Source: a bacterium (GTDB lineage Bacteria; Bacillota; Clostridia; Oscillospirales; Acutalibacteraceae). Taken from it: a stretch of DNA of 64,000 nucleotides. Position 1 is the stretch's first letter; each line of letters starts with the position of its first letter. The notes beneath the pieces were generated by a model. That model was not told where the DNA came from. It saw only the letters and a list, made by a program, of their open reading frames with translations, and ran no database searches. This document shows positions 48,503 through 58,274 of the stretch, in pieces. The stretch covers positions 1,851 to 65,850 of the forward strand of contig JAXYDM010000009.1 in the NCBI GenBank assembly GCA_037368805.1. The letters run 5' to 3'. A program made the position numbers and the translations under genes.

Positions 48503-50338
48503 ATGAAAGCTGTCACCTATGATAAAGTTAAACTCGGCGGTTTCTGGAAAAACCGCTTTGAAATCAACAAAAATGTGACGATCCCCTCCGTCTATGAGCG
48601 ATTCAGCGAGACGGGAAGATTCGCCGCATTCAACTGCGACTGGCACGAGGGCATGGAGCACAAGCCCCATTTCTTCTGGGATTCGGACATCGCGAAATGG
48701 ATAGAGGCTGTCGCCTACACGGTGCGCCAATGCCCCGACGAGGAGCTTGAGGCCATCGTTGACGGCGTTGTCGACCTTATTGAGAAGCACAGGGATCCCT
48801 GCGGCTACTTCAACATCTATTTCACCGTCTGCGAGCCCGAGAACCGCTTCACCAACCGCCTACTCCATGAGCTTTACTGCGCGGGTCACCTCATCGAAGC
48901 CGCTGTCGCATATTATGAAGCCACGGGCAAGGATAAATTCCTTCACCTGATGTGCGACTACGCCGATTATATCGAGCGAGTCTTTGTCACCGAGGATTCG
49001 GCTCAGTTCACCACCCCCGGCCACGAGGAGATAGAGCTGGCGCTTGTCAGGCTCAGCGACTGCACGGGCGACGAGCGCTATCTGCGCCTTGCGGAATTCT
49101 TCGTTGACAAACGCGGCACGAGCAAAAAGGACGAGGACAACGTCCACTACATAAGCCTCGATTATTCGCAGTGCCATATGCCCGTGCGCGAAATGAGCGA
49201 CGCGGTCGGTCACAGCGTGCGCGCGGTATATCTCTACAGCGCAATGGCCGATCTTGCTCTCAGGACGGGCGACAGCGAGCTGCTCGAAGCCTGCCGCAGA
49301 GTATTTAACAGCATCGCTCAAAAGCGTATGTATATCACCGGCGGCATCGGCTCCACCGCCTACGGCGAGAGATTCACCGAGGACTATGACCTGCCGAACG
49401 ACCTTGCGTATTCCGAGACCTGCGCTTCTATAGGCCTCGCCCTCTTTGCAAGGCGCATGAGCCTGGTCGACCCGAATTCCAAATACGCCGACATCGCCGA
49501 GACCGCTATTTATAACTGCGCTCTCGCGGGCGTTTCGCTCAAGGGCAACTCCTTCTTCTATGTGAATCCCCTTGAAATAAATCTCGAGCGACACAGGCTC
49601 GGCGCAGAGTATTATGAGCGCAAGGATAAGCTCCTCACTCAGCGTGCCGAGGTCTTTGACTGCTCCTGCTGCCCGCCGAATATCGCCCGCTTTATCGCTT
49701 CAATAGGCGACTTCCTCTACAGCTATGACGAGGGCACCGTATATGTTCACCACTATTTTGAGAGCGAAGCGGAATTCGACGGCATTAAGATAACTCAAAA
49801 AACCGAATACCCGAACGAGGGAGATATCCTCTTCACCATAAGCGGCATGAAGGGCAAACGCCTCGCCGTCAGAGTGCCCGGCTGGTGCGACTATGTGGCG
49901 ATAAACGGCAAACAATATCTCGGCGAGACCGTCAAGGGCTATATCTATATTGATATTGACTCCGACGAAATGAACCTCAAGCTCTATCTTGACATGGACT
50001 GCCGCCTTGTAACTGCGAACCCCGCCGTTCAGGCGGATCTCGGCAGGGTCGCCCTTTGCAGAGGGCCGATAGTCTATTGCGCCGAGAAGATAGACAACGG
50101 CAACGTGCCGCTCGACACGCTCCTGCTCGACTCCGACCTTGAAGCGGGTCTGCGCTACAATGCAGAGATGCAGGCGTACACCGTAAAGGCCACGGGCTTT
50201 GAGGAGGCGCCGTTCGACGAGCTTTACCGCAACTATTCGCCCGCCTCGACCACGGAGAGGGAGATAAATCTCATCCCGTATTTCGCCTACGCCAACAGGG
50301 GCGAGAGCGATATGCAGGTCTGGCTGCGTGTGAAATAA
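48503..50338 (+). CDS. glycoside hydrolase family 127 (beta-L-arabinofuranosidase-like, DUF1680)
   Basis: 611 aa. Contains FFWDSDIAKWIEA, GHLIEAAVAYY, and the GH127 Cys signature DCSCCPPNI. Confidence 0.8.
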   Translation: MKAVTYDKVKLGGFWKNRFEINKNVTIPSVYERFSETGRFAAFNCDWHEGMEHKPHFFWDSDIAKWIEAVAYTVRQCPDEELEAIVDGVVDLIEKHRDPCGYFNIYFTVCEPENRFTNRLLHELYCAGHLIEAAVAYYEATGKDKFLHLMCDYADYIERVFVTEDSAQFTTPGHEEIELALVRLSDCTGDERYLRLAEFFVDKRGTSKKDEDNVHYISLDYSQCHMPVREMSDAVGHSVRAVYLYSAMADLALRTGDSELLEACRRVFNSIAQKRMYITGGIGSTAYGERFTEDYDLPNDLAYSETCASIGLALFARRMSLVDPNSKYADIAETAIYNCALAGVSLKGNSFFYVNPLEINLERHRLGAEYYERKDKLLTQRAEVFDCSCCPPNIARFIASIGDFLYSYDEGTVYVHHYFESEAEFDGIKITQKTEYPNEGDILFTISGMKGKRLAVRVPGWCDYVAINGKQYLGETVKGYIYIDIDSDEMNLKLYLDMDCRLVTANPAVQADLGRVALCRGPIVYCAEKIDNGNVPLDTLLLDSDLEAGLRYNAEMQAYTVKATGFEEAPFDELYRNYSPASTTEREINLIPYFAYANRGESDMQVWLRVK

Positions 50339-50413
50339 AAACCGAAAGCCGCCTCGAAAAACGGGGCGGCTGATATTATATTCAATTGAATTTCCCGAAA
50401 CGGAGGGATAAAT

Positions 50414-51454
50414 ATGAAGAAGATCGCCGTGGGTCTGAGCGGAGGGGTCGACAGCTGCACTGCCGCCTATCTGCTGCGCGAGCAGGGCTACGAGGTGATG
50501 GGCATCACCCTGCGCCTGAAGCAAGGCTCGCTCGCCGACGCCGACATTGACGACGCCCGCCGAATCGCCGAGGCTCTCGGGATAGAGCTTGAGGTGCTCG
50601 ACCTGAGAGAATTTTTCAAAGAGAAGATAATCGAGCCTTTCGTCGGCGAATACCTCGCCGCAAGGACTCCGAACCCCTGCATAGAGTGCAACGGGATTAT
50701 TAAATTCGGCGCAATGCTTGACTACGCCGTTTCAAAGGGCTGCGACGCCCTCGCAACGGGTCACTACGCCAAGATCGAGCAAAGCGGCGGCCGCTTCCTG
50801 CTCAAAAAGGCGGACAGCGTCAAGGATCAGAGCTATTTCCTCTACCGTCTCACTCAGGCTCAGCTCTCGCGAGCCGTTTTCCCGCTTGCGGGCATGGATA
50901 AAACGCAGATAAGAGCCATTGCCGAGAGCGCGGGGCTGCCCGTTGCCAAAAAGCACGACAGCCAGGAGATATGCTTCGTGCCGAACGACGATTACTCCGC
51001 CTACCTCGCCTCGCTGGGCGTAACCTCGCCCCCCGGCGATATTGTGGACGGCAGAGGCAACGTGCTCGGCACTCACAACGGAATTATAAATTATACGGTC
51101 GGTCAGCGCAAGGGTCTCGGCGCCTACGGCAAGCCGATGTTTGTCACGGGGCTTGATTCGGAGCGCAACGCAGTCGTCATCGGTGAGAACGGCGCTCAAT
51201 ACGGCATCGGTCTCGTTGCCGACAGGCTGAATCTAATCGACCGCGACGCCGTAACCGAGCCGTTCAGGGCAAGCGTACGCATACGCTTCAGGGCCAAGGA
51301 GCAGCCCGCCCTCATAATCCCCGAGGGCGACGGCTTCAGGGCGATATTCGATGAGCCGCAGCGCTCGATAACCCCCGGTCAGAGCGCCGTTATCTATGAC
51401 GGCGAAACCGTGGTGGGCGGCGGCAGGATCATCAGTCAAATACGCTCTCTATGA
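50414..51454 (+). CDS. mnmA: tRNA 2-thiouridine(34) synthase MnmA
   Basis: 346 aa. PP-loop GLSGGVDSCTAAYLL; contains NPCIECN and DQSYFL. Confidence 0.9.
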   Translation: MKKIAVGLSGGVDSCTAAYLLREQGYEVMGITLRLKQGSLADADIDDARRIAEALGIELEVLDLREFFKEKIIEPFVGEYLAARTPNPCIECNGIIKFGAMLDYAVSKGCDALATGHYAKIEQSGGRFLLKKADSVKDQSYFLYRLTQAQLSRAVFPLAGMDKTQIRAIAESAGLPVAKKHDSQEICFVPNDDYSAYLASLGVTSPPGDIVDGRGNVLGTHNGIINYTVGQRKGLGAYGKPMFVTGLDSERNAVVIGENGAQYGIGLVADRLNLIDRDAVTEPFRASVRIRFRAKEQPALIIPEGDGFRAIFDEPQRSITPGQSAVIYDGETVVGGGRIISQIRSL

Positions 51455-52358
51455 GCCTTTCGCTCTCCTCAGGCGAATAGACCCATCGGTCGATATGGCC
51501 GCTCGTGATATAGTATTCGGGCGGCTCTACGGGGTAATCCGCCGCAAAGGAGTCGACGATTATCAGCTTTATCTTCATCTTTGACGGGATAATGCTCTTG
51601 ACGTATACCCCGGCGTGGCAGCCCGCCTCGACCCCCTGAGAGAATTCGGCAAGCCCCGCAAGATTCGGAGCAAGCTCCACAAAAATGCCGTATTTCTCGA
51701 CCGAGCGGACTATTCCGGGCACAGTTTCGCCCACTTTGAGCTTCGAGATATTCTGCTCCCATGTGCCGAGCAGCTCCTTGTGGCTCAGGGTTATCCTGCC
51801 GTCGGAGTCGATGCTCTTGACGACGGCGTAAATGCTCTGCCCCGCAGTGAATCTCGCCGACGGGTGCGGGATCCTCGACACGGAGATGCCGTCTATCGGC
51901 ATGAGGGCGTTGATGCCCGCCCCGATATCGCAGAATACGCCGAAGCCCTCGATATGAGAGACGGTCGCGGGTATTACGTCGCCGGGGCGCAGGGTCGAGA
52001 TATATTCGTCGGCGCATTCCTGCTGCACCTTGCGGCGGCTGAGCAGGGCGTAATTCTCGCCCTCGGGAGTTGATGCGAACCCCGTCACGGCGCAGACCAC
52101 GGGCTTATTGACCCGCGAGATAAGCGCAATATCCCTCACCGTGCCGTCCTCGATGCCGAGCGCCCCCTCGCAGCGGGGAATTATCCCTTTCATGCAGCCG
52201 AGGTCGACGTGCAGATTATGCTCCGCGTCGCAGCGCAGCACCCGACACTCGACGGGAGCGCCGCTGTAGAATGCGTCATGCAGGGCGCCTGCGCTCGAGA
52301 CCCTCTTTTTGTTCTCCTCTGTCGATATCAGCTGACCCTCCGGTTTGAATTTTTTCAT
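51432..52358 (-). CDS. S1 RNA-binding domain protein (three S1-like repeats)
   Basis: 308 aa with repeated GxxxxGxVxxhxxxGhFVxh patterns (GDVIPATVSHIEGFGVFCDI, GETVPGIVRSVEKYGIFVEL). Its 3' end overlaps the mnmA 3' end by 23 nt (convergent). Confidence 0.7.
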   Translation of the reverse strand: MKKFKPEGQLISTEENKKRVSSAGALHDAFYSGAPVECRVLRCDAEHNLHVDLGCMKGIIPRCEGALGIEDGTVRDIALISRVNKPVVCAVTGFASTPEGENYALLSRRKVQQECADEYISTLRPGDVIPATVSHIEGFGVFCDIGAGINALMPIDGISVSRIPHPSARFTAGQSIYAVVKSIDSDGRITLSHKELLGTWEQNISKLKVGETVPGIVRSVEKYGIFVELAPNLAGLAEFSQGVEAGCHAGVYVKSIIPSKMKIKLIIVDSFAADYPVEPPEYYITSGHIDRWVYSPEESERLIESVFD

Positions 52359-52567
52359 TTCCGATCACCGTTCCAAATAATTATGTTTTAATTTCTGCCT
52401 GATTATCTAATGAAAGTATATGGCACTTTCTCCGCTAAAATCACAGGCGGAGCATTTTTATTTTACACGGTAAAATACTACCGCCTCCGTGCGGCAAATT
52501 TTGTAGCACGGAGGCGAATTTTTTGCGTTATTTTCTCACCCGAAACGCAGACCGCCTCGGTATATGT

Positions 52568-53335
52568 TCAAAGAGTCTTTGAGAATGCCCAATTCCACAC
52601 CTCGGGGTCGGAATAGAACCTGTCCCATGCGTTGTGACCCGCTCTGTCATACTCGGTGTATTTCGCCTCGGAGATATCCTTGACGGCGGCGTAGATATTC
52701 CTTGAGTAATCAACGAAAACGGTCTTGTCGCCCGAGTTGTGGGCGAGCCACATCGGGATGCCCGCAAAGGCGGTCAGATCCTCGACATCGGTGTAGCCGC
52801 ACACGGGCATGGCGGCGGCGTATTTGCCGGGGTGGCGCAGGAGCTGGTCAAGCACGCCCGCTCCGCCCATGGAGATGCCCGTGATATAGATACGGTCGGA
52901 GTCGACGGCATAGAGCTTGAGCATATATTCTATCAGCCGTGTCAGCGCCGCGTCGTAGCCGTCGCTCGTCCATGTCTTGTCCTCGAACACCTGCGGCATG
53001 ATGATATAGCAGGGCTCGCCGTGCTTCTTGACGCCCCTGAGCAGCGAGCGCTGCATCTGTGCGATATTGTTTTTGCCTCTCTCGCCGGAGCCGTGGAGAT
53101 AGACCACGAGCGGGTAGGTCTTGCCCTCTTCTATGTTCTCGGGCTTGACGAGGCGGAACGGCAGCTCAACGTCGCCCTCCTTAAAGATATAGCCCGCCGT
53201 GCCGCTGTGCTGCACATAAGGTCTCGGGTCGGGGTTGATGCCCTGATGGAGCACGTCGGGGCCGGGGTACATCGGAAAAGTATCGACGATAAAAATAAGA
53301 ATCGCGGTAAAGAAGCCTAATATCTGAGTAAGCAT
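52568..53335 (-). CDS. alpha/beta hydrolase (esterase/peptidase S9-like)
   Basis: 255 aa. Contains PLVVYLHGSGERG, nucleophile elbow GISMGG, and a C-terminal His context. Confidence 0.75.
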   Translation of the reverse strand: MLTQILGFFTAILIFIVDTFPMYPGPDVLHQGINPDPRPYVQHSGTAGYIFKEGDVELPFRLVKPENIEEGKTYPLVVYLHGSGERGKNNIAQMQRSLLRGVKKHGEPCYIIMPQVFEDKTWTSDGYDAALTRLIEYMLKLYAVDSDRIYITGISMGGAGVLDQLLRHPGKYAAAMPVCGYTDVEDLTAFAGIPMWLAHNSGDKTVFVDYSRNIYAAVKDISEAKYTEYDRAGHNAWDRFYSDPEVWNWAFSKTL

Positions 53336-53568
53336 AAAACGTCCTCTCTTTCTTTTTATACAAATATATTACCATACTTTGCCCGTCATTTCAACCGTTT
53401 TCGGTCATGCTTGAATAATTGACTGAAAAATAGTATAATGAGTGATGAAAGACGCCCCCGCGGCGATTCGTAATAAATTTGTAACACTTTTACCGCCTTG
53501 TTTGTAATTCACGGGCTGTATAATGCAATTGTTTCGTGGGGATCTGATTTTTTTGAGGTGAAAAAGAT

Positions 53569-54258
53569 ATGTATACCGTCCTTGTTTGCGACGACGACGT
53601 CGCCATACTCGACTCGGTCGAGATCTATCTGAAGCTGGAGGGCTACAACGTCCTGCGAGCCGAGAACGGCAGGCAGGCGATCGAGCAGGTCACGAATAAC
53701 GAGGTGCACTGCGTTATCCTCGACATAATGATGCCCGGTATGGACGGCCTCCAGGCCACGCTGACGCTGCGGAAGAAGCACAATATCCCGATAATCCTGC
53801 TCTCGGCCAAGAGCGAGGACACCGACAAGATAACGGGGCTTTCTTTCGGGGCGGACGATTATGTGACGAAGCCCTTCAACCCGCTCGAGCTGATGGCAAG
53901 GGTCAAGTCGCAGATAAGGCGCTACACCTCCCTCGGCTCAATGGAGGTCAAGGAGGGCGTTATCACGACGGGCGGTCTGTCGCTCGACACCGGCGCAAAG
54001 GAGCTGACCCTCGACGGCGAGCCGATAAAGCTCACCGCCACGGAGTACGGCATAATGAGCGTGCTCATGGAGAATCTCGGCAGGGTGCTCTCAACAGGTC
54101 AGATATACGAGGCCGTGTGGAACGAGCCCGCGATTTACGCCGAGAAAACGGTGACGGTACATATCAGACGCATAAGAGAAAAAATCGAGATCAACCCGAG
54201 AGACCCTAAATACTTAAAGGTGGTGTGGGGCATTGGATACAAAATCGAAAAATATTAG
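53569..54258 (+). CDS. OmpR/PhoB family response regulator
   Basis: 229 aa. Receiver domain (VLVCDDD, DIMMPGMDG) plus a winged-helix C-terminus (VWGIGYKIEK). Confidence 0.9.
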   Translation: MYTVLVCDDDVAILDSVEIYLKLEGYNVLRAENGRQAIEQVTNNEVHCVILDIMMPGMDGLQATLTLRKKHNIPIILLSAKSEDTDKITGLSFGADDYVTKPFNPLELMARVKSQIRRYTSLGSMEVKEGVITTGGLSLDTGAKELTLDGEPIKLTATEYGIMSVLMENLGRVLSTGQIYEAVWNEPAIYAEKTVTVHIRRIREKIEINPRDPKYLKVVWGIGYKIEKY

Positions 54259-56821
54259 TCGCAGCAGGGGGATGAAAATTGCGGCAGCGGCGCTCGCCGT
54301 GCTGATGTTTTTTCTCTCCGGCTACTCAGCGGGGCTGTTTCTCAAGGGCTATTTTCTCTTTAACGGCTACGATGAGGACTGCGATTTCACACAGACAAAT
54401 TCATTCAGAACGCTGCTCAACAGCTGCGAATCCACTCTCCTGGCGGACGCCGAGCTGATGAGCTGCGAAAACGATGAGGATTTCCTCAAAACAAGCCTCG
54501 GCAAAAACTACAGCCAAAATATTCAGAATGTCAACGACGCTTTTGACCTGCTCGAAAGCTCCGGTGTCAAGGTCTATGTCACCGAGGACAATCGCTACAG
54601 ATACTCCTACGACCTCGGCGGCACGACCTATTACTTCAGCTTTAACGGCGACGTTATCAGCCGCGACGAATTCGACCGATATGACTTCGTCGGCGACGGC
54701 ATTGAATACACAGACGCCGTTGAAGCGACCGAGCCTGCGGCGGAGGACGTCGATTCAACCTCCGTCACAAAGCCCGCGCCCGCCAAATCGGGCAATCCGA
54801 AGCCGATCGACGATATCCGCGACGCCCTGGCTCTGCTGAATTCCTTCGGCGAATACACCTGCTACGGCGAGATATCCCGCGAGGAGCTGATAAAAACGCT
54901 CCGCAAATCGGCAATGCAGCGCAGCGGCGTTTATGAGGACGGCGGCAAGATAACTTTCTACAGCACCTCGATCCCCAGCACCTCGGAGTTCAAATACACT
55001 ATTTTGGTCAAGTCGACGGGCAAGGTCGTCTCCAACTGCGGCATCGACTCGGATATCGGCTTCGACAATGTGTATGAAGCGATGAGAGAGGGCGCTGCCC
55101 TTGTCGAGGGTAATAACGGCAAATTTGTCACCACCGCCGAGACGTCCGAGGCGACCCGCGGCGGCCTGCTCAGGGAATGGGCGGAGGAGCTGTTTTATCA
55201 GAAACCCACCGTTTCGGAGCATCGCAGCATAGGCGACGATGTGAGCTATGCCGTATTCACATATACCCCGACCGGCGAAAACAGTTTTTTCACCCTCAAG
55301 GAGCTTGAACTCGAGAATTATAAATCTCACTTTATAACGAATCCGACGACGAACCTCATTATCTCCGTCTTTTCGTTCCTGCTCGCCTGCGCCGCGTGCG
55401 TCTATCTGCTGTGCGTTGCGGGCAAGACCGCCGACGGAGAAACAAAACTCTGCCCGACGGACAGGATCCCGCTGCTTATCAACACGGCGATCATCGGCGG
55501 GATCATAACGCTCGTCATTTTGGGCTTTGCGGCGATATTTGACGCTGAGTTTGAGTTCTACCCTTCGGTTGGCGAAAGCAGCGAATGGTTCCTGATGCAA
55601 AAAACTCTTTTGACCTATTCCGTAGAATATCTCGGCGTTGCGTTCACCGCCGTATTCGGGCTGCTTACCGTTTTGACGGCGGGCATAGTCCGCAACGTGC
55701 GCTGCCGCACCTTCCTGCGCCACACGCTGATATATTGGATAGTCAAGCCCTTTGTCTGCATCGGCAAAAAGATACACAAAAGGGCAAAATATATCTTCGC
55801 CTGCGACTACATGGCAGGCAGCGGCAAGAGGTTCAAGCGCCTTGCAATTATCCTGACTCTGACGTTTTTCCTCATAAATTTTCTTGCGGTGCTTCTCTGC
55901 CTCACCTCAAACAGCGCCGTTCCTCTCGTCATCACCCTGATGATCGACCTGCCGATAATGCTTTGGGTCATCCTCTTTATAGCTTCGCTTGACAGGATAA
56001 TGCACGGCGTCGCAAGCGTGCGCCTCGGCAGGCTGAATGTGAGGATAGATCAAGGCCTTATGCCATCATTCCTGCGGAATTTCGCGAGGGATATCACGAG
56101 CATGCAGGACGGCCTTGAGAAAGCGGTCGACAGCGCGGTCAAGGATCAGCGCATGAAGGCGGAGCTTATCACGAATGTTTCGCACGACCTCAAAACGCCG
56201 CTGACCTCGATAGTCAATTATGTCGACCTGCTCAAACGCTGCAACGTCGAGGACGAGGACGCCAAGAAATATATCAGCATCCTTGATGAGAAATCACAGA
56301 AGATGAAAAAGCTCATCGAGGATCTGGTCGAGGCTTCAAAAGCCTCCTCGGGCGCAGTCGAGCTGCATCCGACAAAAATCGACCTTTGCGAATTTGCGGC
56401 GCAGGCAGTCGGCGAGCACGAGGATGAACTGAAGGAGAAGAACATCGAGATTGTGCTGAATTTCCACGCCCAGCCCGTGATGATAATCGCCGACGCTCAA
56501 AAGACCTCGCGGATAGTTGAGAATCTCTTCTCCAACCTGCGTAAATACGCCCTTGAGGGCACGAGGGTCTATATCGACGTCAACGGCGGCGACAATTTCG
56601 GCACGCTGACCTTCCGCAACATCTCCAAATTCCCGCTCAACATTGCTCCGGAGGAGCTGACGCAGCGCTTCGTGAGAGGCGACGCCTCCCGCTCCGGCGA
56701 GGGCAGCGGCCTCGGGCTTTCAATAGCAAACGACCTTTGCGAGCTGCAAGGCGGCAAATTCAGCATCGCCATCGACGGCGACCTCTTCAAGGTCAGCATC
56801 GCCATGCCGAAAGCACAATAG
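54233..56821 (+). CDS. sensor histidine kinase with very large extracytoplasmic and multi-TM N-terminal region
   Basis: H-box SHDLKTPLTSI, N-box NLRKYA, G-box GSGLGLSIA. Start is uncertain: TTG at 54233 or ATG at 54272. Confidence 0.85.
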   Translation: MDTKSKNISRSRGMKIAAAALAVLMFFLSGYSAGLFLKGYFLFNGYDEDCDFTQTNSFRTLLNSCESTLLADAELMSCENDEDFLKTSLGKNYSQNIQNVNDAFDLLESSGVKVYVTEDNRYRYSYDLGGTTYYFSFNGDVISRDEFDRYDFVGDGIEYTDAVEATEPAAEDVDSTSVTKPAPAKSGNPKPIDDIRDALALLNSFGEYTCYGEISREELIKTLRKSAMQRSGVYEDGGKITFYSTSIPSTSEFKYTILVKSTGKVVSNCGIDSDIGFDNVYEAMREGAALVEGNNGKFVTTAETSEATRGGLLREWAEELFYQKPTVSEHRSIGDDVSYAVFTYTPTGENSFFTLKELELENYKSHFITNPTTNLIISVFSFLLACAACVYLLCVAGKTADGETKLCPTDRIPLLINTAIIGGIITLVILGFAAIFDAEFEFYPSVGESSEWFLMQKTLLTYSVEYLGVAFTAVFGLLTVLTAGIVRNVRCRTFLRHTLIYWIVKPFVCIGKKIHKRAKYIFACDYMAGSGKRFKRLAIILTLTFFLINFLAVLLCLTSNSAVPLVITLMIDLPIMLWVILFIASLDRIMHGVASVRLGRLNVRIDQGLMPSFLRNFARDITSMQDGLEKAVDSAVKDQRMKAELITNVSHDLKTPLTSIVNYVDLLKRCNVEDEDAKKYISILDEKSQKMKKLIEDLVEASKASSGAVELHPTKIDLCEFAAQAVGEHEDELKEKNIEIVLNFHAQPVMIIADAQKTSRIVENLFSNLRKYALEGTRVYIDVNGGDNFGTLTFRNISKFPLNIAPEELTQRFVRGDASRSGEGSGLGLSIANDLCELQGGKFSIAIDGDLFKVSIAMPKAQ

Positions 56822-57095
56822 TATTATGGTATAGAGAGAGCACGCTCCGGCGTGCTCTTTTGTTTGACAGCCCACGGAGCCTTTTTTTGCGTGACTTGCG
56901 GTGCTAATAGAATATTTTCAGGCTCGCTATTGTTGTATGAAAATCAATCCTCTGTCATGACTGCAAGCGAACAGCAAAAACCACATGCGGAGCCGATATG
57001 ACTGCAAGCCGACAGCACAATTCACGCCATCTTGCGGAGAGGCATAAAAAAGCAGGCACGGGATAAACCGTGCCTGTTTGATTATGCAGGATAAA

Positions 57096-57647
57096 TCAGT
57101 TGAAATATCTCTTGAGGAGGCCTTCGAAAGCTCTGCCGTGGCGGGCTTCGTCGCGAGCCATCTCATGGACGGTGTCGTGGATAGCGTCAAGGCCCTGCTC
57201 CTTAGCGAGCTTGGCAAGAGCGGTCTTGCCTGCGGTCGCGCCGTTCTCGGCTTCAACTCTCATCTCAAGGTTCTTCTTGGTGCTGTCGGTCACGACCTCA
57301 CCGAGCAACTCGGCGAATTTCGCTGCGTGCTCCGCCTCTTCATAGGCGGCTTTTTCCCAATAGAGGCCGATCTCGGGGTAACCCTCGCGGTGAGCAACTC
57401 TCGCCATGGCAAGATACATGCCGACCTCGGAGCATTCACCGGCGAAATTAGCTCTCAGGCCCTCAAGGATCTCATCGCTGACGCCCTGAGCAACGCCGAC
57501 TACATGCTCGGCAGCCCATGACATACCCTCATTGCTCTGCTCAACGAACTTTGAAGCGGGAGCCTTGCAAACCGGGCACTTGTAGCCCTCGGGGAGAGCG
57601 TCGCCTTCATAAACATAACCGCAGACTGAGCATACAAACTTTTTCAT
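57096..57647 (-). CDS. reverse rubrerythrin (N-terminal rubredoxin-like domain plus ferritin-like di-iron domain)
   Basis: N-terminal [10 protein letters not shown]...CPVCKAP, then [12 protein letters not shown]...EEAEHAAKF. Confidence 0.85.
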   Translation of the reverse strand: MKKFVCSVCGYVYEGDALPEGYKCPVCKAPASKFVEQSNEGMSWAAEHVVGVAQGVSDEILEGLRANFAGECSEVGMYLAMARVAHREGYPEIGLYWEKAAYEEAEHAAKFAELLGEVVTDSTKKNLEMRVEAENGATAGKTALAKLAKEQGLDAIHDTVHEMARDEARHGRAFEGLLKRYFN

Positions 57648-57688
57648 GATTTTTTCCTCCGTTTAATTAATGATTTTTTGATTTATTT

Positions 57689-58075
57689 TCAGCTTTTGTG
57701 GGTTTCGGCGCAGCGGGCGCAGTATCCGCGGAACGTAACGACCGTCGAGAGCACTTCGCCGTCGAAGAGCTTGCCTGCCTTCTCGCAAAGGCCGCCGTCG
57801 TCAATATACGGGATATCGAATACCCTGCCGCAGCCGAGGCAAAGGAGATGATAATGCGGGTCGGTGTCTCCGTCATACCTTGCAGAGCCGCCTGAGCCGA
57901 GGCGAAGTATCAGCCCCTCATTCTCAAGCTGGGCAAGGTTGCGGTAGACCGTAGCGAGGCTGATCGCAGGCATCGCGGGCTTGAGCGAGAGATATATCTC
58001 CTCAGCGGTGGGGTGATCTTTGCGCGAGCGGAGATTCTCAAATATCGCGTCCCGCTGCTTGCTGTGCTTCGTCAT
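57689..58075 (-). CDS. perR: Fur family peroxide-stress regulator (PerR-like)
   Basis: ATG at 58075 lies 8 nt after AAGGAG. HTH region LATVYRNLAQLENEGLI; contains HYHLLCLGCG and CARC. Upstream of rubrerythrin in the same operon. Confidence 0.8.
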   Translation of the reverse strand: MTKHSKQRDAIFENLRSRKDHPTAEEIYLSLKPAMPAISLATVYRNLAQLENEGLILRLGSGGSARYDGDTDPHYHLLCLGCGRVFDIPYIDDGGLCEKAGKLFDGEVLSTVVTFRGYCARCAETHKS

Positions 58076-58097
58076 ACCGCCGTCTCCTTTCAATAAC

Positions 58098-58110
58098 GAT
58101 AACTGTTATC
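58098..58110. promoter_or_regulatory. Fur/PerR-box-like palindrome
   Basis: GATAAC T GTTATC, a perfect 6-1-6 palindrome 23 nt upstream of the perR start. Confidence 0.5.
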
Positions 58111-58212
58111 ATTATTATATCATTTCTTTTCCGTTTGTCAATAGGTTTTTTAAATTTTTTCTGAAAAATTCTTTAAACTCCGCATCTGTTGCAACTTTTT
58201 TGTCAAAAGACC

Positions 58213-58243
58213 TTGACTCTGCAATAGGTGTAGAGTTTATAAT
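58213..58243 (+). promoter_or_regulatory. MerR-type promoter (19-bp spacer) upstream of the MATE gene
   Basis: TTGACT (58213-58218), 19-nt spacer containing ACTCT-N11-AGAGT dyad symmetry, TATAAT (58238-58243). Confidence 0.5.
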
Positions 58244-58274
58244 AGATAAAAACCGATCCAAGGAAGCAATAATC

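Noticed and set aside
50328-50334. GTGAAAT immediately before terminator hairpins at the ends of the GH127 gene (50328) and tam gene (61245), as possible dispersed copies of the 33.5-kb module.
   Set aside because: In both cases it is simply the codons GTG AAA TAA/TGA (..VK*). A 7-mer is expected several times by chance in 64 kb on two strands. The hairpins are ordinary terminators.
53478-53508. Direct repeats TTTGTAAC / TTTGTAAT, 23 nt apart, upstream of the response-regulator gene, as an OmpR-type autoregulatory site.
   Set aside because: Only 7 nt are shared in an AT-rich promoter region, and the spacing is not the canonical 10-11 or 21 nt. The support is insufficient.
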